The translations under genes and the position numbers were made by a program. Below, in pieces: positions 16,401-25,390 of a stretch of DNA of 47,480 nucleotides. The DNA comes from Lentisphaeria bacterium. Lineage in GTDB: Bacteria > Verrucomicrobiota > Lentisphaeria > JABSQK01 > JAWLHB01. The notes under the pieces were generated by a model, which saw only the letters and a list, made by a program, of their open reading frames with translations, searched no databases and was not told the origin of the DNA. The DNA lies in NCBI GenBank assembly GCA_041690595.1, contig JAWLHB010000055.1, positions 1 through 47,480 on the forward strand. Reading direction: 5' to 3'. Every line of letters starts with the position of its first letter. The stretch's first letter is position 1.

Positions 16401-18929
16401 ACCGCCGGCTTCAGCGGTATCGACTCGTTCAGCTACGTCGTCACCGATCCCTACGATCAGGCCGACTCCAGCACCACCGTTACTATCACCGTGGAGGATA
16501 CCGACCCGCAACTCAGCATCGGCGATGCGAATCCGACAGAAGGCGACACCGGTGTCAGCAACACCATATTCGCGGTGACGCTTTCCCCGTCGGTCACCGT
16601 CACCGTTACCGTCCAGTGGACCACGTTCAGCGTGACTGCCAGCGCCGGCACCGATTACCAGAGCGATGATGGCGTGCTCACCTTCTACCCTGGCGAGAGC
16701 AGCAAGACGATATCGGTCGGCATTGTGGGGGATCAACTCGACGAGGAGGACGAGGGCTTTGAGGTGAGCTTGTCCTCTCCCACCAATGCGACGATTCTCG
16801 ATGGCACGGGCACGGGAACGATTCTCGACGACGATACGGCTGAGTTTGAGGTGGCCGATGTCGAGGTAGCGGAGACGGAAGAGAGCGTGGAGGTAACCTT
16901 CACCCTCTCCACGCCCAGCAGCCGCACCGTCTCCTTCGACTACACAACCATTGACGGAACCGCGTTGGCCGCGCAGGACTACACGGCCGCCAGCGGTAGT
17001 CTCTCTTTCGACGTTGGCGAAACCGAGGCCACGGTCACTATCGGGATAATCGGCGACTCGGTGCAGGAGGGGAATCACGCCTTCAGCGTCATCGCCACCG
17101 CGATCACCAACGCCACCGTCACGGACGCCACCGGCATTGTCACCATCCTGGATGACGACGTCCCACTGATCAGCCTCTCCGTGGACGCAAGTTTGGAAGA
17201 GGGTGACAGCGGCACCAATCTGCTTGGTGCCGGGGTGACGCTCAGCGAAGCCGGCATCGAGGTTATCACGGTCGACTACGAGGTCGTGGGAGGCACCGCC
17301 ACGGCGGGTCAGGATTTCATCGCTGCCTCCGGGACACTCACCTTCGCCGTTGGGGCGCAACACCAGCAGATCAACGTCACCTGGTATGGCGATACTCTGG
17401 TGGAAGAGGATGAGACCTTCTTCATTCATCTCAGCAACCCGACCAATGCCACTATCGACCGCGGCACTTCCATCTATACGGTCGAAAATGACGACACCCC
17501 CTCCTTCAGCCTCACTGTCACGCCCACCACCTTCTCGGAAGGAGCAGGCACCCATGCCGCCACTGGCACGATCAGCCGCAACTTCATGACGGAGCTGGTG
17601 GTCTCCTTGTCCAGCAGTGACACCAGCGAAGCCACGGTGCCGACGGCCGTAACCCTCCCGACCAACGTCCTCAGCGCCACCTTCGCTATCGATGCTGTCG
17701 ACGATGAGTTGCATGATGGCAGTCAGCAGGTGACGATCACCGCAACGGCCAATGACCTTGATTCGCAGGCCTTCGTGGTGACGGTGCAGAGCGACGACCA
17801 GACCGCCAACGTGGTCTACGACCTGGTTGCGCGCAAGACGCTCTACTCCGCCAATGGCGGGGGCGCCGGTACGTTAACCGGAAGCGGCTATCTGGTGGTC
17901 GATCTAACCAACCACCAAGCGGCGCGTTTCGTGAAGTGGAGCAACGGGGATCAACTCTTCCATACCTACGAAGATCTGGGCAGCTGGTATACCGCCAGGG
18001 TAGGCACCAGCGACTACTGGTTCTTCACCAACGGCGGCAGTGTGGTGGGGAGTACGAACAGGACGTATAACTATCGCCATATGTACGGTCCATTCCACGG
18101 CGCGCCACTGCCGCTCGGCGGCGACGTCAACGAGCGCATTCCCATCAATCTGTCGGGTCTCCTGCGAGCAGGCGGCAGCACGGAAACCGACAGCTATTAT
18201 TCGCCCGGCACCCAGCAGGCCCGGATCAATCTGACCGCGTCCCAGAGGTCCAACAATAACCTGCAGTCCTTCACCGACCTGGTAATCGAGTTGAGCGAGG
18301 CGATCGGTGTGACGCCATTCGCGGTGGAAACGGTTGCCGAGGTCGTGGCCGAGCCACCCATCTTCGTGAGCCAATCGGAAGGTCCGATCATGGTTTATCT
18401 GCTCACGCGCAGCGCCCTGAATGCAGGCAACGGAAGCGTAACCACCGCTGCAAGTGTCGGGTACTTGGTCATCGACTTCTTCAGCCAGGAGGCCATCTTC
18501 ATGAAGGTGTTTCGCGAGGGCGGCACGCTCTACTATGAGCACGAGCCTTTCCGCATCGATAATCAATTCTGGTATAACCTGCAGTTGGGCAGCGCCACTT
18601 ACCGGTTCCTGGGCAACGCGTCCGAGGAGCCGACCGGAGATGTCGTTAGCCCGACCGCCACCGGCACCTTCCGTTTCTACCAGATGTTCGGCGCCAGCCG
18701 TACACTGGCCATCGGCGGTGTCTCCGCCGATACGGTGCCGCTTTCGCTGACCGGCGAGTTCTGGGAGCATCAGGTGCAAGGTGACGCGACCGGTCTCTAT
18801 ACGCAGGGCACACTCGTCGCCAATGTGCGGGGCGAGACCGTGATCGCCAATCAGAATGAGTGGGACATCAGTCAGACCCTCACTTACTTGTCCAGTCTGT
18901 TTCCGGGTATTCAGCCTTATGTGCAGTAA
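13401..18929 (+). CDS. Large secreted/surface protein: delta-60 repeats, cadherin-like Ig (Big_9/tandem-95) x2, TolB/PD40-like beta-propeller, Calx-beta x3, Ig-like domain, duplicated C-terminal domain
   Basis: Signal peptide; repeats such as GDLDATFDGDG, LDTSFGTDG, DGKILVGG (delta-60); APVAADDAY..GVLANDTD..NADGSFTYTP (x2); SPRISADG and PRVSADGRYVLF (PD40-like); EGD..V.FAVTLS..TA.AG.DY...G.LTF..GE..TILDDD (Calx-beta). Confidence 0.88.
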   Translation: MTHMSWWKGIIRIAVALMGVAGAMGAPGDLDATFDGDGVVINNLGGIETGGAVAQLASGKLLMTGSGNGSTSVHTFVRYNLDGSVDTTFGTSGAASGMPGGFWGFSLLDNGGWFVCSDYDTGSFSELNDAALVKYTSSGTVDTSFGTNGRVIFNYTSSPASEVATAALELDDGKILVGGWFLKATLDTDAAIVRLTATGALDTSFGTDGVVTFDRSGGVDKVTGLIPQSGGKFIVYGEAVDTAVFGKPSEIFFRRYSAEGVLDTTFGTGGTTYVRTDVNSDLPGGYVVLDNGKILFAINGTAKYSVGRLTVDGVLDTSFSGDGVADLTATLPGVSFPAMQSVGVAVQPNGRIVVGGWISGFNTQLVYRLGFARFDPDGTVDTTFGVNGSITHNVSDAAPESAINVIAQSDGKIVLGGYLPTGSDDRFLVRIDGGDAATTIAPVAADDAYVAGINTALSVLAPGVLANDTDANDDALTAVIGTQPANGSVTLNADGSFTYTPNTDYSGTDTFTYTAFDGQLNSNAATVGIIVGAGQNLLVSIMADGTQGNNASTDPHWDLNGTKVVFQSVSTSFPPASTSGWGVYMVDIAASTPEVVPVSVDADGTPANNSAESPRISADGSCVVFSSYATNLTGVTFGSVLSRVFLKDLGTDAVELISQSTAGAVSDGFSSSPRVSADGRYVLFRSTASNLTATSTNSVAQWYLRDRTNQTTTLVTVDGNGNAANNHIQNAYLGSGPVVVFQAGDAVIGPGIWMRDVDAGTTTLVSRRHDDSALTSADLMDASADGTQVLFGSNDRDVMASDTVSGYDLYVRDIGTGGLVRVNEKADGSEVDEAPSQASFSYNGDYVTFVSLNGLVDFDTNFLSDVYLYDLTGDELRLVSIANDGSLPGSNVRTYPSQNGRTVLFAAFSAMIESDVNDITDVYIHDFDLAPAPPANDPPEGAADAYSVIRNGILTVPAPGVLSNDTDAEGHSLSAVTTLAAEPAHGTAVLAADGSFTYTPTAGFSGIDSFSYVVTDPYDQADSSTTVTITVEDTDPQLSIGDANPTEGDTGVSNTIFAVTLSPSVTVTVTVQWTTFSVTASAGTDYQSDDGVLTFYPGESSKTISVGIVGDQLDEEDEGFEVSLSSPTNATILDGTGTGTILDDDTAEFEVADVEVAETEESVEVTFTLSTPSSRTVSFDYTTIDGTALAAQDYTAASGSLSFDVGETEATVTIGIIGDSVQEGNHAFSVIATAITNATVTDATGIVTILDDDVPLISLSVDASLEEGDSGTNLLGAGVTLSEAGIEVITVDYEVVGGTATAGQDFIAASGTLTFAVGAQHQQINVTWYGDTLVEEDETFFIHLSNPTNATIDRGTSIYTVENDDTPSFSLTVTPTTFSEGAGTHAATGTISRNFMTELVVSLSSSDTSEATVPTAVTLPTNVLSATFAIDAVDDELHDGSQQVTITATANDLDSQAFVVTVQSDDQTANVVYDLVARKTLYSANGGGAGTLTGSGYLVVDLTNHQAARFVKWSNGDQLFHTYEDLGSWYTARVGTSDYWFFTNGGSVVGSTNRTYNYRHMYGPFHGAPLPLGGDVNERIPINLSGLLRAGGSTETDSYYSPGTQQARINLTASQRSNNNLQSFTDLVIELSEAIGVTPFAVETVAEVVAEPPIFVSQSEGPIMVYLLTRSALNAGNGSVTTAASVGYLVIDFFSQEAIFMKVFREGGTLYYEHEPFRIDNQFWYNLQLGSATYRFLGNASEEPTGDVVSPTATGTFRFYQMFGASRTLAIGGVSADTVPLSLTGEFWEHQVQGDATGLYTQGTLVANVRGETVIANQNEWDISQTLTYLSSLFPGIQPYVQ

Positions 18930-18979
18930 TGGGGACTCCCAGGTTGTCGAGGCTGTCGAGGGTAAGGGCCGGGGAATTG

Positions 18980-20068
18980 TCAGTGGGTGAGGGCGTGGAT
19001 CTGAGGGCAGAAGGTGGCATCGCCGTCGGGGGGGACCTGATCGGCGACGCCGAGGACGAAGGGGCGATGGCCCCAAACGTCCAGCACGTGCTCGATGTGG
19101 CTGCTCATGTCCGGCCATGTGTAAGGGGAGGCGAACATGGCGCCGGGGACGCCGCCCCAGAGAATGACGGGCGAATCGCCCGCCACGGCCGCCATTTCGT
19201 CCACGGTCATGTCCCCGGCGGGACGGGGGGTGAGTGCTTCAATGGCATCAAAACCGGCGGCGATCAGCTTCGGCAAGAGGCCGCGAACGGCGCCATCGAG
19301 ATGGACGGCGACCTTGACACCCGCTGCGTGGAGGCGCTCCAGGCGGTGCTCGTGGCGCCGGCGCATGTGTGGCTCATAGAGACTGGTGAGGTTATCGCTG
19401 GAGAGATTGTCGCAAAAGTGTACCAGTGGGGGCGCCAACTCGCAGACGGCCTCAAGGATGGGGGCTTCCTGCTCCTCCATCATGGCGAGCGCCTGGCAGA
19501 CTTTTTCCTCGCAATCGACCATCAGCATGACCATCGACTGCAAGCCCGCCCACTCATAGGCGAGCGCAGGCAGGGGCGACCGGGGCAAGCCCAGGCCGGG
19601 GAGCCCGTCATGGCGGGCCCACATCTTCAGACGTTCGGGATAGTCGTCCAGGTTGCGAGGTTCCAAGCGGCGATGTTCCAGCGCGTAGAGCATGACGTCC
19701 AGATCCGCTTCGGTCTGCACCATGTGCCGGGTAATGCCGTGGCAGCAGCTTTCGGGCAGGAAGACGGTCTCCTCCCTCAGCGAGCCAATCGGCGTCTCCA
19801 GTATGCGGAGCAGGAGGTCGCCGTTGCTCTCCTGGCGTAAGGTGACGCTGCTGTCGTAGAGCGCTTCGGCAGCCCCGAACTTGGCGTAGTAGTAATAGGG
19901 CATCACCCCCAGTTCGCGGTGGAGTTGGAGAAAGCCCTCTTCGCTATTCCAGGCAGGATCGGCGGTTCCATCGTGCTCGCGGCCGTTGATCCAGTACGAG
20001 AGGTCGGCCGTCCAGACCGTGCCGTCGGGTCGCTCACCCGCGAGGAGTTTGAGGAAGTCGTTCAACAT
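18980..20068 (-). CDS. Uroporphyrinogen decarboxylase-like / MtaA-CmuA superfamily protein
   Basis: ETPIGSL.E, G..GLGLPRSP, F.DNL, H.AG...AVHLDG...GLL..L..AG.D.IE..TP.P.GD, ILWGGVP, FVLGVADQVP: the divergent URO-D-fold pattern. Confidence 0.8.
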   Translation of the reverse strand: MLNDFLKLLAGERPDGTVWTADLSYWINGREHDGTADPAWNSEEGFLQLHRELGVMPYYYYAKFGAAEALYDSSVTLRQESNGDLLLRILETPIGSLREETVFLPESCCHGITRHMVQTEADLDVMLYALEHRRLEPRNLDDYPERLKMWARHDGLPGLGLPRSPLPALAYEWAGLQSMVMLMVDCEEKVCQALAMMEEQEAPILEAVCELAPPLVHFCDNLSSDNLTSLYEPHMRRRHEHRLERLHAAGVKVAVHLDGAVRGLLPKLIAAGFDAIEALTPRPAGDMTVDEMAAVAGDSPVILWGGVPGAMFASPYTWPDMSSHIEHVLDVWGHRPFVLGVADQVPPDGDATFCPQIHALTH

Positions 20069-20071
20069 GGT

Positions 20072-21541
20072 TCAACTCCATTTGCCGGGGACCATGCCCG
20101 GCGCGTTTGTGGTGGGGCGGAAGGCGTTGATCAGGGCACGCACGGCATGACGCGGGCGGGGATCCACGTGCTCCCCAAGCAGGTCGTAGATCCCGTAGAC
20201 CCGTTGCCAGTAACGTTCCGCGAGCGCATCGAAATCCGGCGTGCTGGCCGATAGATCGGCGAAGAGTTGGGCGAAGAAGAGCAGCTCCCGCCGGTGGCTT
20301 TCCGGCGAGGGATGCAGGCAGAGGCTGGGTGTCGCGACGGGGTTGAGGTTTTGCAGCAGGTCGCACAGCTCGACCATCCGGCGGTGATAGGCCGGGTCGG
20401 CCGGATCGATCTTCAGGTAGTTGCCCCAGTCCCGCACGACCTCGAAGAGCGGCAGGTAGGGCACGATCTTCCGTCCCTCGGCACCATAGAGTCGCTCATG
20501 GAAATCGCCGGCCAGGGTGTCTGGGTCGCCGCCTGGATCGATGAAGGATTGCGCGGCCTCGAAGAGGGAGAGCTGGTTGAGCAGGGGCGACATCGTGTAG
20601 CAGATGCCGCCGCTGTATGGCGCTGCTTCGCGTTCGCGGCGGCGCTGCTCGAAGAGGCGGGCGAAGCGGTAGTGGGGCACCACGTTGTTCTCTCCCTCGG
20701 TGAGGCTGAAATCCCAGGTGAGGATGCGGTGGGAGCGAGCAATCTCGCGGGCCCATGGCCGCGCATCCTGATCGCCAGTGGGGTTGCCGTCGGAATTGAA
20801 ACCGAGGTTGATGGCGACCGAGGTCTGCGGGGGGAAGTCGGGCAAGCGCTTGAGGAGGTGGGCCATGGCCTCGTCGGCGCGGGGCTTGCTGAAGTTCCAG
20901 GCGGTATGCTGCCAACCCTGGATGAATTCGCCCTGCCAATCCGGCGGTCCCTCGATATTGCCCCAGCCGAAGATGGGGGGCCCCCATGTGTGAAGCTCGA
21001 CCTCGGCGTGGGGCAGGTTGCGCTTGATCAGCGCGGCGATCTCGCACGACTTGTCGATGTAGGTGACGGCGGTGCAGCCATGACGGGAGCAGGCGCCGGG
21101 ATCGCCCGGGAAGATGCCGACGATGTCGACGCCGCTGAGCCGTCGCGTCCAGCCATCCCAGAGGTAGCGCAGCTCCTCCCATTCGGCGGGGAGGTTCGGG
21201 CAGTTGGTGTGCCAGTGATCGCCGACTGTCGCGAGGCCGCAGATGAACTCTACCTTCACCCCCCGGCTGTGGGCATGGTCGCAGACGACGCTCATCTGCC
21301 GTGCGAACTCCCGGCCAAAGTCGCTCTCCAGCGCCTCGCGGCAGAAGAGGCGGGGCACCAGCCAGAACTCGAAGACGTTGTACCCGAAGCCGGCGATCAT
21401 GTCGATGCAGCCGCACCATTGTGCATCGCTCCACTGATGCGGCAGCCCCGGATAGGTGGTGTTCGGGTTGTAGGCGTTGAGCAGGTGCTCCGCGAAGTTG
21501 TTGTAGTAGATCCGTCGCGACCCGAAAGTGTTACTGTCCAC
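20072..21541 (-). CDS. Hypothetical TIM-barrel protein, possibly glycoside-hydrolase-like
   Basis: GTG start at 21541 with GGAGG RBS. WSDAQW...IDMIA.FGYN..EFW, HAHSRGVKV and FPGDPG resemble the N-terminal barrels of GH89/GH67/GH20-like proteins. 3 bp from the URO-D-like gene. Confidence 0.6.
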   Translation of the reverse strand: MDSNTFGSRRIYYNNFAEHLLNAYNPNTTYPGLPHQWSDAQWCGCIDMIAGFGYNVFEFWLVPRLFCREALESDFGREFARQMSVVCDHAHSRGVKVEFICGLATVGDHWHTNCPNLPAEWEELRYLWDGWTRRLSGVDIVGIFPGDPGACSRHGCTAVTYIDKSCEIAALIKRNLPHAEVELHTWGPPIFGWGNIEGPPDWQGEFIQGWQHTAWNFSKPRADEAMAHLLKRLPDFPPQTSVAINLGFNSDGNPTGDQDARPWAREIARSHRILTWDFSLTEGENNVVPHYRFARLFEQRRREREAAPYSGGICYTMSPLLNQLSLFEAAQSFIDPGGDPDTLAGDFHERLYGAEGRKIVPYLPLFEVVRDWGNYLKIDPADPAYHRRMVELCDLLQNLNPVATPSLCLHPSPESHRRELLFFAQLFADLSASTPDFDALAERYWQRVYGIYDLLGEHVDPRPRHAVRALINAFRPTTNAPGMVPGKWS

Positions 21542-21656
21542 GGCTATCCTCCGACGCGAGTTGCTTACCAACTTGTGTTCCGCCGATACATGTACGGAGG
21601 ATTTGTGGGGAGTGCAATCGCAATATCGGAATCCTTGCGGAGTTTCAGGGAGCCGC

Positions 21657-22394
21657 TCAGAGGATCAGGCGGATGAGGGTGACCAAGCCGGCGAGGATGA
21701 GGAGGAGGCTGACGAGGGAGGCGAAGCGCGCCTGGTCCATGCGCACGGCGATCCGGTTGGCGTGCCAGCTGGCGAAGATGACGACGGGAATGGCGGCGGC
21801 CAACAGGGGAAAGGTGGCTTCCTGCCAGGCCTTGCCGAAGACGATCTCGACCACCAGGACGCTGTTGACGGCCACCCAGAAGAGGGAGAGCGTGGCGCGG
21901 AAGCCCGGTTTGGCGGGAAGTTCCTGCTGGGCATAGACGACGACGGTAGCGCCGCCGGCGGCGAAGGCCCCGTGGATGATGCCACCCACAAAGAGGAGCA
22001 GCCGCAGCAGGAGCGGGGGGCAGCGGCGCAACTGGCCGTCCTGCCGCGGGAGGAGCCGGCTGACTCCGGCGACGACGAGTACCAGGCCAAGTGCGAAGAG
22101 CAGGGGAGTTTCAGGCAGCCACTGCAGGGCAAGCATGCCGATCGGCAAGCCGCATCCGGCCCACAACACCATGCGCCCGAACTGTGGCCAGTCGATGTCG
22201 CGCCAGGTGAAAGCGAGCACCTGAACGGCCTGGATGGAGCCGACCAGAATGAGGACGGTGCGGGCGGTCTCGAGATCGACGAGCCAGACCAGCAGGGGAA
22301 GGGCCAGGAGGGTGGAGCCGTAGACCGCGATCGCTCCCACCCAGTGAGTGAGCAGGATGGCGAGAATCGCGAGAATGAAGTGAAGGGTAGTCAT
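21657..22394 (-). CDS. TauE/SafE (TSUP) family membrane protein
   Basis: About 245 aa, hydrophobic; GA...YGST.LALP, GGIIHGAFAAGG...V.Y, FRATL..FW. Confidence 0.85.
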   Translation of the reverse strand: MTTLHFILAILAILLTHWVGAIAVYGSTLLALPLLVWLVDLETARTVLILVGSIQAVQVLAFTWRDIDWPQFGRMVLWAGCGLPIGMLALQWLPETPLLFALGLVLVVAGVSRLLPRQDGQLRRCPPLLLRLLLFVGGIIHGAFAAGGATVVVYAQQELPAKPGFRATLSLFWVAVNSVLVVEIVFGKAWQEATFPLLAAAIPVVIFASWHANRIAVRMDQARFASLVSLLLILAGLVTLIRLIL

Positions 22395-22478
22395 CGGCGC
22401 ATACCATGGCACTGCTCAGCGCCCGGTGCCATGACTCCTGGCAGGCAATCTTGCAACCAATTATCAGAGGCGTTTTCA

Positions 22479-22506
22479 TTGACAGAGCCAGGCAGGGGGC
22501 TATAAT
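22479..22506 (+). promoter_or_regulatory. Consensus sigma70 promoter of the regulator-pilin-hydrolase operon
   Basis: TTGACA (22479-22484) - 16 bp - TATAAT (22501-22506), 31 bp upstream of the ATG at 22538, with a GAGG RBS. Confidence 0.75.
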
Positions 22507-22537
22507 ATACTAATTATTCACATGGCGAGGTTTTTGA

Positions 22538-23665
22538 ATGAAGAAATCTCTAATAGACTTTGCGCCGCTGGAACCGGTAAGCAAGCGCCGGCAGATCACG
22601 GAGCACGTTCGGAAGCTGGTGCTTTCCGGGGAGTTGGCGGCGGGGACGAAGCTGCCGCCGACGCATGCGCTGGCGGAGGAATGGAAGGCGCCGATGGCGA
22701 CGGTGCAGGCGGCGCTGGCGCCGCTGGTGAAGGAAGGCCTGCTCTATCGTCGGCCGCGGGTGGGCACCATCGTCTGTGAGCGCGAACGAAGCCTGACGCG
22801 GGTGGGGCTTTACCTGACGGGGCATCGGGATATCGACCGCATGGACACGTACATCAGCGCCCTGGTGACGCTGCTGCGCAAGCGGCTGGCGGAGCGGGGG
22901 ATCGCGTGCTCTTTCTGGGTGGATCCGCGTCCGCCGGAGGAGCAGGAGAGCCCGTGGGAGAGCCTGCTGACGGCGGCGGAGGCCAATCAGGTGCAGGCGA
23001 TCATCGTCCCATCGACGGACAAGTATCACGATGCGTGGTTGCGCAAGCTGCCGATTCCGGTAGCGTTCAACGGCACACCGGATCTACCGAGCCGCGTAAC
23101 GCAGGATCATGGGCAGCTGGCGGAGGCGGGGATACGCGAGCTGGCAGCGCTGGGCTGCCGATCGGTGGGCCTGATTTCGGTGACCAAGCGGGCCGTCAAG
23201 GGGCAGCCGCGGGAGCAGGGCGATTACGAACAGCTCTGCAGCCAGGCGGAGCGCACGGCGGCGGAGCTGGGGCTGGAGATGCGGGAGGAGTGGATACGGA
23301 CACCGCCGCCGGAAGGCTACGTGAGCGAGGCCATGGCGGAGCGCTTCGGCTACGAGAGCATCGCCGCGCTCTGGCAGGAGCCGGTGCGCCCGGAAGGGTT
23401 GCTGGTGTTCACGGATGTGGCGGCCCGAGGGGTGGTGGTCGGCTTGCTCGAACGGGGCGTATCGGTTCCGGAGGAGCTGAAGCTGGTGCTGCACCGCAAT
23501 GTGGAAGTGGGGATGCTCTGCCCCTTTCCCGTCAGTTATCTGGATACGAGCATCATCCTGGTCGTCGACAGCCTGATCAAGCAGATCGAGCATCAATACG
23601 ATGGCAAGAAGGTGCGTCCCATACAACTGCCCGTCAGCCTGTCCCGGCCGGAACAGGTGGGCTGA
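22538..23665 (+). CDS. GntR-HTH + LacI-type sugar-binding domain transcriptional regulator (AraR-like architecture)
   Basis: N-terminal QITE.VR....SG....GTKLP....LAEEW....TVQ.AL..L..EGL..RRPRVGT.V; C-terminal periplasmic-binding fold RPEGL.V..D..ARG....L.ERG.SVPEEL.LV. Confidence 0.9.
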   Translation: MKKSLIDFAPLEPVSKRRQITEHVRKLVLSGELAAGTKLPPTHALAEEWKAPMATVQAALAPLVKEGLLYRRPRVGTIVCERERSLTRVGLYLTGHRDIDRMDTYISALVTLLRKRLAERGIACSFWVDPRPPEEQESPWESLLTAAEANQVQAIIVPSTDKYHDAWLRKLPIPVAFNGTPDLPSRVTQDHGQLAEAGIRELAALGCRSVGLISVTKRAVKGQPREQGDYEQLCSQAERTAAELGLEMREEWIRTPPPEGYVSEAMAERFGYESIAALWQEPVRPEGLLVFTDVAARGVVVGLLERGVSVPEELKLVLHRNVEVGMLCPFPVSYLDTSIILVVDSLIKQIEHQYDGKKVRPIQLPVSLSRPEQVG

Positions 23666-23682
23666 ACAAGAAGGTGCAACAG

Positions 23683-24534
23683 ATGAATCAGCAACGCAAT
23701 GCGACGGCGACCTTCACGTTGATCGAGCTTCTGGTGGTGGTGGCGATAATCGGCGTTCTGGCCAGCATGCTTCTGCCGGCCTTGTCCCGCGCCCGGGAGA
23801 AGGGGAGGCGGACGGTCTGCATGAGCAATCTGCGGCAGCAGGGGCTGGCATTCGCGATGTATGCCGGCGACTATGACAGCCGGATGCCCGGCACAACCCG
23901 CACGCCCTACTCCTCCAGTCGCCTGTCGCACTATCAGCCAGTGGAACGGAGCTATCTGACCTATGCCAACGAGTTCATCGGCATCGCGACGACACCGAGC
24001 GGCGACAACGATCTGCGCACCGGATCGCTGACGGACGCGTTGGTCTGCCCGTCGAACAGCCTCGCGCGGATGGCCGAGTGGGATCCCAGCCACTGGAAGT
24101 CGCAGGTGCTCTATACGCCCCTGTATGGTGGGATGACCTCTGGTGCCGTCACCGACCGCAACAGGTATGCCTTCCCGCGGCTTGACCGGATGGGGGAGAA
24201 CGGTCCCAACGGCCCCAAGATGGTGGTGAGTGATTCCATGGCCAACACCGGCAATACCAGCGGCGCCTGGGGCAACTGGGTGCTCCGCAACAATCACCGG
24301 ATGGAAGGGGGGAACGTGCTGGTGGGCGACGGCAGCGCCCAATGGGCGGCATTCCGCGCTTGGGCGCAGTCCGGTTTCTCGGGCGAAGGGACGATGCTTC
24401 CGATTCGCGATTTCTACGTTTTTCGGGGCAGCACGGGCTGGAACGCGAACTACTACTGGTCCGGCCCCAATGGAAGCGGCGGATTTGCCAACTATGAAGC
24501 CACGCCCACGGTTTATCCCACCCTCTGGTACTGA
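23683..24534 (+). CDS. Prepilin-type N-terminal cleavage/methylation domain protein (DUF1559 / H-X9-DG-CTERM-like) 1
   Basis: ATG at 23683; [49 protein letters not shown]-terminal [14 protein letters not shown] (H-X10-DG). Confidence 0.92.
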   Translation: MNQQRNATATFTLIELLVVVAIIGVLASMLLPALSRAREKGRRTVCMSNLRQQGLAFAMYAGDYDSRMPGTTRTPYSSSRLSHYQPVERSYLTYANEFIGIATTPSGDNDLRTGSLTDALVCPSNSLARMAEWDPSHWKSQVLYTPLYGGMTSGAVTDRNRYAFPRLDRMGENGPNGPKMVVSDSMANTGNTSGAWGNWVLRNNHRMEGGNVLVGDGSAQWAAFRAWAQSGFSGEGTMLPIRDFYVFRGSTGWNANYYWSGPNGSGGFANYEATPTVYPTLWY

Positions 24535-24577
24535 TAACGTTACGCTATAACAACATCCTGTTGAAGGAGACTCACCC

Positions 24578-25348
24578 ATGCAAGTGCGTAGAACGCAATT
24601 CCGCCGTCCGTCAGCTTTCACCTTGATCGAGTTGCTGGTGGTGGTGGCGATAATCGCCATTCTGGCCAGCATGCTGCTGCCGGCGCTGAGCGCCGCGCGA
24701 GGCCGGGCTCGTCAGGCTTCCTGCCAGAACAACCTGAAGCAGTTGGGGCTGGCATTTCAGCTCTATGCGGATGAGTTCGATTCCAACCTCCCCTTCTGCT
24801 ACGACAAGGCGGGCATCACCTGGGGCTACAAGATTGCCAGCTATACTGGTGAGAGCTATCCGGTCGGGGCTTTCGCCGGCGCCGGCAAAGCGGGCCTCTT
24901 CAACTGCCCGGAGAACGGCAAGCAACGCTATGTTGTGGGCGGAGGGGCCGATGAAGACAGTACCAGCTATACAGCCAACGGCTGGTATACCCAGGGTCAT
25001 TTCGAGAGTACGCCACCCCTGATCGACAACCAGCCGCTCAGCCGAAAGACGTCGCGATTCAACTGGCCGAGCGAACTGCAGACGATGTGGGACGGCGTCT
25101 ACTACCGGGCCGAGTTCGGACAGCTCAATGGCCTCGGCGACGGGGCTGGCTCGATCCCGGTCAACTACGGAAGGGGACCGCGCAACATACGGTACGTCCA
25201 CCGCGGAGGCGTCAACCTGTCCTACGCCGATGGTCATGTGGCTGGTGCGCCGGGTCCAATACTCGACCGCGGCAGCTTTCAGGGCACAATCGGCGGCATC
25301 AACAAGTTCGTGAACGGGCGCTCCTGGTATGCCTATTATCCGTTCTGA
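24578..25348 (+). CDS. Prepilin-type N-terminal cleavage/methylation domain protein (DUF1559 / H-X9-DG-CTERM) 2
   Basis: [74 protein letters not shown] (H-X9-DG); GAAGGAG RBS. Confidence 0.94.
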   Translation: MQVRRTQFRRPSAFTLIELLVVVAIIAILASMLLPALSAARGRARQASCQNNLKQLGLAFQLYADEFDSNLPFCYDKAGITWGYKIASYTGESYPVGAFAGAGKAGLFNCPENGKQRYVVGGGADEDSTSYTANGWYTQGHFESTPPLIDNQPLSRKTSRFNWPSELQTMWDGVYYRAEFGQLNGLGDGAGSIPVNYGRGPRNIRYVHRGGVNLSYADGHVAGAPGPILDRGSFQGTIGGINKFVNGRSWYAYYPF

Positions 25349-25390
25349 GAGCGGCAGTCACGGCAGGTGGGATAGGATCAAGGGGGGATC

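Noticed and set aside
13401..17800. Internal DNA repeats as a non-coding array
   Set aside because: Fully explained by protein-level delta-60, Ig-like and Calx-beta repeats in one reading frame.
18980..20068. hemE (true uroporphyrinogen decarboxylase)
   Set aside because: It lacks the N-terminal RQAGR motif of HemE and has no tetrapyrrole gene context.
22906..23682. N-terminal extension making the first pilin-like ORF 542 aa
   Set aside because: It overlaps the GntR-LacI gene out of frame; the prepilin motif requires the ATG at 23683.
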